Shown piece by piece: positions 57,021-64,000 of a stretch of 64,000 nt of DNA (its first letter is position 1; each line of letters begins with the position of its first letter). Source of the DNA: an uncultured Phycisphaerales bacterium (GTDB lineage Bacteria; Planctomycetota; Phycisphaerae; Tepidisphaerales; Tepidisphaeraceae); NCBI GenBank assembly GCA_903871935.1, contig CAIQIQ010000062.1, positions 72,020 through 136,019 of the forward strand, written 5' to 3'. The translations under genes were made by a program, and so were the position numbers. Below the pieces are notes generated by a model, which was not told the origin of the DNA, searched no databases, and saw only the letters and a program-made list of their open reading frames with translations.

Positions 57021-58055
57021 TCACGGTTCTGAGGGTCCGGCTCCGATCACCGTCGGAACTCGGGCACGGGGATGAGCGGCATCGTAGACCTGCTTCATCC
57101 GCGCGGTGGTCAGGTGCGTGTAGATCTGGGTGGTTGAAAGGCTCTGATGGCCCAATAGTTCCTGCACACTGCGCAGATCAGCTCCGGCATCGAGCATGTG
57201 GGTGGCGAAACTATGGCGTAAGGTATGAGGGCTAACGCCAGGATCGATGCCGGCCACCAGCAGGTACTTGTCCATCTTCCGGCGGACCGATCGCGTTGAG
57301 AGCGGACCGCCATGCTTGTTGACAAACACACGATTGGCGTGCGGGCCTTGGGCCTTGCCCTCGGCGAGCCGGCGTTGGGAATAGATCTCCAGAGCCTTGA
57401 TGGCCCGCGCGCCAATCGGAGTCAGCCGGTCCTTTCGTCCCTTGCCGCGAATGCGCACAATCCCCTCATGAGGGTCCATATCCTGCATTTCCATGGCAAC
57501 CAGTTCGCTGACTCGCAAACCTGAGGAGTACAGCACCTCCATCATCGCCCGGTCGCGCGCGGCGAGCATATCGTCATCACCCGGAGCATCCAGCAGACGC
57601 GTGATCTGGTCGATATCCAGGCATTTGGGCAGGCGTTTCTCCTGCTTGGGAGTGCGAATTGCGGACATGGGGCTGACCGTCAGTTCCCCACAGCGAACCA
57701 GAAGACGGAAGAAACTGCGCAGACTTGCCAGTTTCCGGGCCGTGGTGCTTTTTGAATAGCGCTGCTGAAACATGAATGCGAGAAACTCGCGAAGGGCAAC
57801 CGCATCGCATCTCAGCAGCAGCCGGTCTGTTTCGGCCTGGTCCGGGACGCTGACCGCATCGCTGGCGGCGTGGGCAGTTCCTCCGCTAAGAAAACGGGCA
57901 AACTGCAGCACATCAGCGCCATAGGCATGCACGGTATGCTCGGAGAAATGCCTCTCAAGACGAAGGTAGTCCAGGAATCGGCCGACCAGCGATGGCGCAG
58001 GATGCTGTGCACAAGCACGATCAGGCGCGTTCCGGGACTCTTCTGCGTCATCCAT
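57021..58055 (-). CDS. Tyrosine recombinase (XerC/XerD family)
   Basis: The N-terminal SAM-like domain is FLDYLRLERHFSEHTVHAYGADV. The C-terminal catalytic residues are R...HxxR...Y (HTLRHSFATHML, LGHQSLSTTQIYTH). Confidence 0.85.
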   Translation of the reverse strand: MDDAEESRNAPDRACAQHPAPSLVGRFLDYLRLERHFSEHTVHAYGADVLQFARFLSGGTAHAASDAVSVPDQAETDRLLLRCDAVALREFLAFMFQQRYSKSTTARKLASLRSFFRLLVRCGELTVSPMSAIRTPKQEKRLPKCLDIDQITRLLDAPGDDDMLAARDRAMMEVLYSSGLRVSELVAMEMQDMDPHEGIVRIRGKGRKDRLTPIGARAIKALEIYSQRRLAEGKAQGPHANRVFVNKHGGPLSTRSVRRKMDKYLLVAGIDPGVSPHTLRHSFATHMLDAGADLRSVQELLGHQSLSTTQIYTHLTTARMKQVYDAAHPRARVPTVIGAGPSEP

Positions 58056-58106
58056 GACACACCTTGGGCTGCAAGAAATCAACTCGATGCTGGTCGGCTG
58101 CGTCGT

Positions 58107-58886
58107 TTAGCGCGGCGTCACGTCAGCGGGAGCACCACTTCCAGGTGCCGCCGTGGGCGCCGCGGGCGTCGGAAACAGTTCGGGTAAATCGTCGATCTTC
58201 CACTGACCATTGTCGTCCTTCTTCAACGTGGCCGTGCGGCGCATCGGGATATCGCTCTTGCTGAAGCGAAACAATAACAACGTTCCCGCAGCCCTGCCCT
58301 CGGCCGACTCGCCTTCAAGCAACACCATGCCGTTGGATACCACGCTCTGCAAATCGCCAGAGAATGGATTGCTCGCCATCGCTTGCCAGCGAGCCACAAA
58401 GGCCTCTCTGGTCAGCTTCTTCTTCGTGAAGAAATCGGGATCAACCATGGACAGCGTCCGCTCGTAATCCTTGGCGACCAGCGTCTTGCCGAATTCGTTT
58501 GCCGCGGCGAGTATTCGTCCTTCTTCCTTGTTGAGCGCACTGTGCATCTTCACTGCGGGCACGATCACAGTCCCCAACATTACGACGGCCAGCACCATGC
58601 CAAGGAAGGCAAGCAACCTGCCGGTTTGCGTACCGTTGCTGTTCCCAATCTGACGCAGGGCAACAATCCCGCAGATCACCGCCAGGATCGGCAGCACCAG
58701 CAGCAGGTTGGCCATGACCACGCTGATGCTGGCAAGCCCCAGCAGCAGCGTCGCGATGGCCGTCTGGTTGATGGCGACATATTCCTGCGAAGCCACGCCG
58801 GCCGTCGTCGACATCCGGTGCAGTGAAGCCAGCGGGTCGTCCGACTGAGGCTTTGGGGCTGGAGGCGTCTGTTGGTTCTGGCTCAT
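58107..58886 (-). CDS. Hypothetical membrane protein (2 TM helices, DUF4190-like)
   Basis: A Pro-rich N-terminus is followed by two TM helices (IATLLLGLASISVVMANLLLVL, LLAFLGMVLAVVMLGTVIV) and a soluble C-terminus. Confidence 0.5.
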   Translation of the reverse strand: MSQNQQTPPAPKPQSDDPLASLHRMSTTAGVASQEYVAINQTAIATLLLGLASISVVMANLLLVLPILAVICGIVALRQIGNSNGTQTGRLLAFLGMVLAVVMLGTVIVPAVKMHSALNKEEGRILAAANEFGKTLVAKDYERTLSMVDPDFFTKKKLTREAFVARWQAMASNPFSGDLQSVVSNGMVLLEGESAEGRAAGTLLLFRFSKSDIPMRRTATLKKDDNGQWKIDDLPELFPTPAAPTAAPGSGAPADVTPR

Positions 58887-58986
58887 AATGCCTGCAGACT
58901 ATGCTAAGTAATGCTTTCTGACCATTCCGTGGCAAGCGAAAAAGCCGCCACCCACTACTGCAAAGTTAGCATCGCTGACGCAAAGG

Positions 58987-60423
58987 TCAACTGCCAACCG
59001 CGGCTGGGGCCGGTTCGCGAGCCGCCGGCTGCTGCACTGCGCCGTCATGACCGGCCCGCAGCATGACATACTTGCGGCTCATCCGATAAAAACCGAACTG
59101 GCCGACGGCACTGAAGAGCGCGCAAATGCCAAACACGTATCTCCCTACCATGGTACTATAGAGCCATATTCCAAGGAATGGGGCAAAGAAACCGCGCGTG
59201 CCGGTGAGCATGACGTTCACCGCCATGTAGGTGCCCGCCTTATCGGCAGGCGCAAAGTCGTTGTGGCCGAGACTCCAGGCCAGATTGCCGGCGCCATTGC
59301 TCACCCCAATCAGGAACTGCGAGACCCCGATCAGCCAGAGTTGGTCATAGATCGCGCCGGCAAACATCACCAGCAACGCAGCCACGGAGACAATGCCCTG
59401 CACAACACGAAAGGTCAGGATTGAGACACGGTCGAAGAACGGGGCCCAGATTTGCGCGCACACGATGGAGATGACCATCGGGATAACCTGCACAATCAGG
59501 GTGGCCAGCGCGTAGTCGCGCTTGCGATCGGTCATCTCGCGACTCACCATCAACAACAATGGCGGGGTCATCATCATGAACGCCATGCCACTGAGGAACT
59601 GCCAGCGCATGTACTCGCGGAAACGCGGGTCATCCTTGAGCACTTGAGCGGCATCGCGCCAGAAGTTGCCTCGCCCGACCGGCGCGGGTTGGTAGTTCAG
59701 AAGGTTGGACTCGCTCGTCTGCGCCATGTCCTCCGGGCGGGCCACCAGGAGCCGGGCCGGCCGGCGCAGCCGCCACTCATGTCGCACGCGGATCTGGGAG
59801 AACTGCCATATCCCGATCACACCCAGTATCGCCGCCATGGGGTAGAGCATCACGTATGCGGTGGGCTGGTAGTCCAGCCACTTTGCCCCGCCGTAGGTCG
59901 CGGTGGCAAGCACCAGAGTAGCGACAGCCGAGATTCGGGCGATGATCTGCCCGCGCACATGTCTGGGATAGTTCAGCCGCCAGATGGTAGAACGTATGGT
60001 GAGAATGCCGGCGACCAGCACGCGGGCGGAGATGATCACAGCGGCAAACACCCACGCCCCAATGTGCCTGGGCATCGGATAGGTGATGGCAACAGCGGCA
60101 ATCAGGCTGACAACGCCCAATTGCAGCCAGTTCACGAAGCGGACCTTCGATCGATGCTCCGCCATCTGCGACCAGAACAGCGCGCCGATGTTGCCGAACA
60201 TCGGGGCAGCGGTGATGACGGCGACGAGCAAAGGTGAGGCATCGAAGTACTTGGCGGCGACAACACTGGTGAACGCGCCTTCCGCGAGAGCTCCGGCCAG
60301 GGGATAGGTTGCTGCCGAGCGCAGTTCGTGCACGTAAGAGTGCCGAACCATATAGGGCTGATGCCTGGCGGCAAATGAGAAGTACTGTCGCATCGCGCAA
60401 AGAGAACCGGCCCCGTTCGTCAT
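58987..60423 (-). CDS. MFS transporter
   Basis: About 12 predicted TM helices, with the typical MFS loop between TM6 and TM7. The exact start is uncertain, either MTNGAG or MRQYFS. Confidence 0.8.
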   Translation of the reverse strand: MTNGAGSLCAMRQYFSFAARHQPYMVRHSYVHELRSAATYPLAGALAEGAFTSVVAAKYFDASPLLVAVITAAPMFGNIGALFWSQMAEHRSKVRFVNWLQLGVVSLIAAVAITYPMPRHIGAWVFAAVIISARVLVAGILTIRSTIWRLNYPRHVRGQIIARISAVATLVLATATYGGAKWLDYQPTAYVMLYPMAAILGVIGIWQFSQIRVRHEWRLRRPARLLVARPEDMAQTSESNLLNYQPAPVGRGNFWRDAAQVLKDDPRFREYMRWQFLSGMAFMMMTPPLLLMVSREMTDRKRDYALATLIVQVIPMVISIVCAQIWAPFFDRVSILTFRVVQGIVSVAALLVMFAGAIYDQLWLIGVSQFLIGVSNGAGNLAWSLGHNDFAPADKAGTYMAVNVMLTGTRGFFAPFLGIWLYSTMVGRYVFGICALFSAVGQFGFYRMSRKYVMLRAGHDGAVQQPAAREPAPAAVGS

Positions 60424-60457
60424 CAGGGCCGGTTAGGACGTTTACGGTGAAAAATGG

Positions 60458-60742
60458 TTAGCGGACGTTCCACAGGGACAGGCCGCTCATCGGCCGCAGC
60501 AGCAGGACGGAGTCAACGTCATCGTTGATCATCTTCCACTCCATCTCCATGTTGCGGGCGATCAGGTCGCTACGCTCAGAGCCGGAGTAGCCAGGCGTCG
60601 CAAATGCGTCCACCTTGTCGATTCGCGAATCCAGGCAACCACCGGCGAGGAACATGAAACCACACGCCACCAGGGTCAGCATCAGCTTGCTCATTGCAGT
60701 CATCCTCATCATTTGGCAGGCAGCTGGAGTAGCCACCAACAC
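60458..60742 (-). CDS. Small putative lipoprotein
   Basis: The signal peptide with lipobox MSKLMLTLVACGFMFLAGGC is present. The mature part is about 60 aa. Confidence 0.45.
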   Translation of the reverse strand: MLVATPAACQMMRMTAMSKLMLTLVACGFMFLAGGCLDSRIDKVDAFATPGYSGSERSDLIARNMEMEWKMINDDVDSVLLLRPMSGLSLWNVR

Positions 60743-60816
60743 AGCTTTTCCTGATTCCAGACTCTACCAGCTTGCGCGATACCTTGTCAAAGGTGTCATC
60801 GGCCGGATCATTCGCA

Positions 60817-63015
60817 TTACTTGGCGCCCAGAAGCACGCCCTTGACTTCGGCGGCACTCAGGTTCAAGGCGCCATGCGCTTCGGCGGCCGCCGCACGTAC
60901 ATCCAGGGCGGGCTCCTGAGTCACTGCGTTCTGCAGTGTCTTGACATCCTGCTCCTCGAGCAGGTTGCCGAAGAACTTCGCGCTGGTTGCCAGGCTGCCG
61001 TACATGCTGATGCGCATCGGGGCATCGAGTTTCGCATCGCTGGCCCTGGTCAGGAGCGACTGCTGGGCCGCCTTGGAGTTCATCAGCGCCAATGTCTTAC
61101 CTGAGGCCTTGGCAATCTCCGGCCGAGGATCTTCCAGAGCCAGGAGCAAAGTGCCCTGGGCGGCGGAGAGATCCAGCACCTGGCCGCGGCTGATCGCCAA
61201 TTGAGCGAGCAGTTCGGTAGCCTTCATCGCATAATCTGAAGCGGCCTTTTCATCCAGGAGCAGCGAACCGGCTTTCTTGCGGGCATCTGCAACGGCTGCC
61301 TTGAGTTCGTCGCCCTTGGTCGCCTGGGTCACGCTGATCAGCGGATCCGATGCGGCAAGGATGGCGAACGGCGAGGCCTGCGTCTTGGTTATGACCAGGA
61401 GTACTGCGCCCTGCAGACGCGGGGTCTGAGTTGCCAGTTTCTGCAGTTTTTCCACTTCGGTGCCGTTTGCATCGGACGCCAGGATCACATCGACCGCAGG
61501 CAGGCCTGTGGCAGCGGCCGCTTCAGCGGTGGTGGCGCCAGCGGCGTTATAACCGGCATCCTTGAGCGCCTGAACCTGTCCATTGAGTTGGTCTTCGGGC
61601 AGCATCACCAGGACGTAAGGCTTCCCGTTCTGCACGACTGCTTCAGCCAGAGTGGGCACGACGCGCTCCTGGCCGTCGAACTTCGTCTGCGGCAACGCTG
61701 CGGCGGCGGCAAACGCAGCCTCAAAGCGCACGATGCGGTCGGGATACTTCATGGCGTCGACCAGCACACCGGCCTGCTGAGGGGCAAACAGGGTGCTCTC
61801 TCCGCCGATCTGCTGCAACGACTTAACCGAAACCATGGCGAGCGCCGTATCGTGATCGCCAAGAGCGCGGGCAAGAACCATGTTCAGGTACTTCGCACCT
61901 GAAGCCACACCATAGTAGTGGGCGCTGGGGGTGTCGGCGGAGCGGGTGGGGTCCTGAGCGCCCTTGGGAAGGCGGACCTCGCTGCCATAGTCGGCAGCCA
62001 GCCAGAGCGCCAGGGCATCTTCACGCGCGGGGTCGATTTGCAGCGCCTTGCGTGCGGCGCGTTTGGCGAGCAGATCGCCGATAATCGGCGACGGCGCTTC
62101 GTGCCGCATGAGGCCCTTGGAATCATCCCACATCCACAGGGAAGCGAGGGCCGATCCAGCGGGGATGGTGATCGCCGATTTGTTGTAGTAGTACTTCTGA
62201 GCGATATCGTAGTAGAGGGCGGCCGGATCCTGTTGCAAGGCATCGGCCGCGCCCATCTTCTGCAGCGCAGCGGCCGCGGCGGCCTTGATCCCGGCGGGAA
62301 CATCGGCGGACTTGGCGAGGTTCACCAGCGGGGGAATGGCGACGTCGTAGCCGATGCTGCCCAGAGCGCCGACAACGTATAGCAGCGTACCTTCGTTGCG
62401 ATCGTTGATGGGCATATCCAGAGCGGCAACCAGCGGAGCCAGGGCCGCGTGGCCCATATCGATCAACGCCTGACGGATGGCACTTTGATACTGGCTCTTC
62501 GTCGGGTCGCGCAGATAGTCGAGCATCATGGGGACGGCAAGTTCACCGCTGTCCCGCAGGCGCTCGCTGGCGATCGCATAGGCCTGATCGCTGACCACAA
62601 GGCGCTTGATGTTGGCTTCGATGATCGCCTGATCTCCGCGGCGCTCACGATGGCCCTGCGCCAGAACGGCGATGACCTGGGTCGTGGCATCGCGAAGTTG
62701 AGGGATCTGCTGCCAGCGAAGCAACCACTGATCGAGGTTGTCCTTGCGCTCGTCGGCAACAGCCTCAAAAGCCTTGAGCAGATCCGCGGGTTGCGGTTTG
62801 GCTTCGAGGATTTTTGTAGCCTGCCCGGCCGCCAGGTCATAGCGGAATGTCTTGGCATAATGCCAGAAGGCATCGACGTCGCCCTTGAGCGAAACGTCGG
62901 CCGACTTCCCCGCGGGATTATCCTGTGCCCAGACGGAAGCAGGGGAAAACAATGGCAGAGCAACCGAACAGCAGGCAATGGCCACACTGGGCAGGAACCG
63001 AGGCAGTCGCATCAT
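60817..63015 (-). CDS. Large secreted alpha-helical (HEAT/ARM-like) repeat protein
   Basis: The signal peptide is MMRLPRFLPSVAIACCSVALPLFSPASVWA. About 700 aa of A/L-rich helical repeats follow. Start is taken at the internal Met of ORF 60817..63054. Confidence 0.6.
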   Translation of the reverse strand: MMRLPRFLPSVAIACCSVALPLFSPASVWAQDNPAGKSADVSLKGDVDAFWHYAKTFRYDLAAGQATKILEAKPQPADLLKAFEAVADERKDNLDQWLLRWQQIPQLRDATTQVIAVLAQGHRERRGDQAIIEANIKRLVVSDQAYAIASERLRDSGELAVPMMLDYLRDPTKSQYQSAIRQALIDMGHAALAPLVAALDMPINDRNEGTLLYVVGALGSIGYDVAIPPLVNLAKSADVPAGIKAAAAAALQKMGAADALQQDPAALYYDIAQKYYYNKSAITIPAGSALASLWMWDDSKGLMRHEAPSPIIGDLLAKRAARKALQIDPAREDALALWLAADYGSEVRLPKGAQDPTRSADTPSAHYYGVASGAKYLNMVLARALGDHDTALAMVSVKSLQQIGGESTLFAPQQAGVLVDAMKYPDRIVRFEAAFAAAAALPQTKFDGQERVVPTLAEAVVQNGKPYVLVMLPEDQLNGQVQALKDAGYNAAGATTAEAAAATGLPAVDVILASDANGTEVEKLQKLATQTPRLQGAVLLVITKTQASPFAILAASDPLISVTQATKGDELKAAVADARKKAGSLLLDEKAASDYAMKATELLAQLAISRGQVLDLSAAQGTLLLALEDPRPEIAKASGKTLALMNSKAAQQSLLTRASDAKLDAPMRISMYGSLATSAKFFGNLLEEQDVKTLQNAVTQEPALDVRAAAAEAHGALNLSAAEVKGVLLGAK

Positions 63016-63379
63016 GGTGCTGGCCTCCAGCGAGAGATAGCCGTAGATACCCAAACCTGAAGAAACAATCCCAGCCGCCGGAAGAGGCTGCTAAGCCAGG
63101 CACCGGAGGCGGAACTTTTCATCACTGCGTATAAGCGGGAGGAACACATTGTCCCAAGCCTAAACCCACTTCGACGCGAGGTGAGCATAAAACGACGCAA
63201 ATACAGTGTCAAGGAAGAGTTGCCCGTTTCCTGAAAGTGGATGGAGGGAACAGGTGGCGGCCGGAAGGCGGATTGGTGGGCAACCGGGCTGGAGAAGGCC
63301 AGCCGCCGAGCACAGCAGATGTGCCGGGAAGGCGTTTGCGTGGATACCATGGAGGCCAGGAAGTCCCAGTTGGAGGGCC

Positions 63380-63940
63380 GATAGATCGGCGGGAGGGAAG
63401 ATGCTCAGGTTCTTGTGCACAGGCAAAGAGGTCGGTGACGCGGATCATGTCGGGTGGAGAAGTCGGAAGCAAGGAGACGAGCGGGGACCCGAATGGCGAA
63501 CTCTGATGACGAGTCAATGACGAAGGCGAGAGCATGACGAATGGGTGGTGGACGGTTGTGGATAAGTAGCACGTGCGCAGGTTCTGGGCGTGGGTACCAC
63601 CTATGCGACAAGTGCCTTGAGGACAATGAGTTAGGTGCAGTTTGGTTGAGGAGGTGCGCAAGTTCGATACGCTTGTGGATAACTCGGACGAAGAGCGGAG
63701 AGCGAATAGCGGAATGCGGAAACACCCAGGCATTGAGGCACGAAGGGAAGGAAGATGCTCAAGATCACGGGTAGTGATTATTGATTGTTCCGTAACGAGA
63801 GAGGGAAGATGCTCAAGATCGTAGCGACGAAGGGGAAGATGCTCAGGTTAGCGCGCGCAACCTCGGGTTCTCGGTGATTTAGCTCACTGATGGCGACAAA
63901 GGTGCTCAGGTTAGCGCGCACAGATTGGGTGGAACGCGTT
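63380..63940. repeat. Noncoding tract of at least seven SD-plus-start-like short units, paralog of 33.94-34.46 kb
   Basis: Units occur at 63388, 63560, 63640, 63739, 63787, 63826 and 63890, with forms such as GGGAAGATGCTCAAGATC, AAGGTGCTCAGGTTAGCGCGC and GAGGAGGTGCGCAAGTTCG. The block 63540..63700 aligns with 34040..34200. Confidence 0.6.
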
Positions 63941-64000
63941 CCATCTTGATCTACTTTGGTCCACTGTCAGTTTGGCAGGGTGGTGGGCGGTATTCAGTTG

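Noticed and set aside
63380-63940. CsrB/RsmZ-like sponge RNA as the specific identity of the repeat tract
   Set aside because: The units are GGA-rich, but in the foldable units the GGA motifs are not placed in hairpin loops; the GCGCGC segment occupies the loop. I keep this only as one hypothesis inside the main finding and do not call it.

Overview
This 64 kb window is high-GC (about 60-65%) bacterial chromosome, and the gene content suggests a Planctomycetota- or Verrucomicrobiota-like organism, though that is a guess from content alone. Supporting features are an ECF sigma factor paired with a Ser/Thr kinase, a pilin-like protein with a prepilin leader, HEAT-repeat proteins, rubrerythrin, a GH57 glycosidase and two sigma54 activators. 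The housekeeping core is rpoB-rpoC, 15.4-19.4 kb on the minus strand. A 69-codon membrane-protein ORF is wedged between the two genes and overlaps or abuts both. Other housekeeping genes are mutM, tsaB, sucC, yajQ, an ABC-F ATPase and a Xer-type recombinase. Accessory content includes a probable sugar or uronate oxidation cluster at 28.4-33.8 kb, built from a mannitol-dehydrogenase-family enzyme, a PfkB kinase, two amidohydrolase_2 enzymes and a Gfo/Idh/MocA oxidoreductase. A second accessory block at 34.9-40.4 kb holds a GDPD phosphodiesterase, a DUF3592 membrane protein, an oxidoreductase, a methyltransferase and a ComB-like phosphatase. A YqiJ(NfeD)-flotillin-K-channel-like operon lies at 42.0-45.3 kb. 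A 3-gene carbohydrate ABC importer at 45.5-48.7 kb is bracketed by two copies of a perfect 35-bp palindrome. The most unusual signal is a family of dispersed repeats that also repeat internally. Two roughly 0.6-1 kb noncoding tracts at 33.9-34.9 kb and 63.1-64.0 kb are diverged copies of each other. Each is built from about a dozen units that look like a Shine-Dalgarno sequence plus a start codon plus four conserved codons. A 145-bp piece of the same family sits inverted at 24.4 kb. A related 70-nt module supplies the start codon and first ~12 codons of two different genes, at 34.94 kb and 37.43 kb. I found no CRISPR array, no rRNA or tRNA gene that I can support, and no obvious defense-system or transposase genes.
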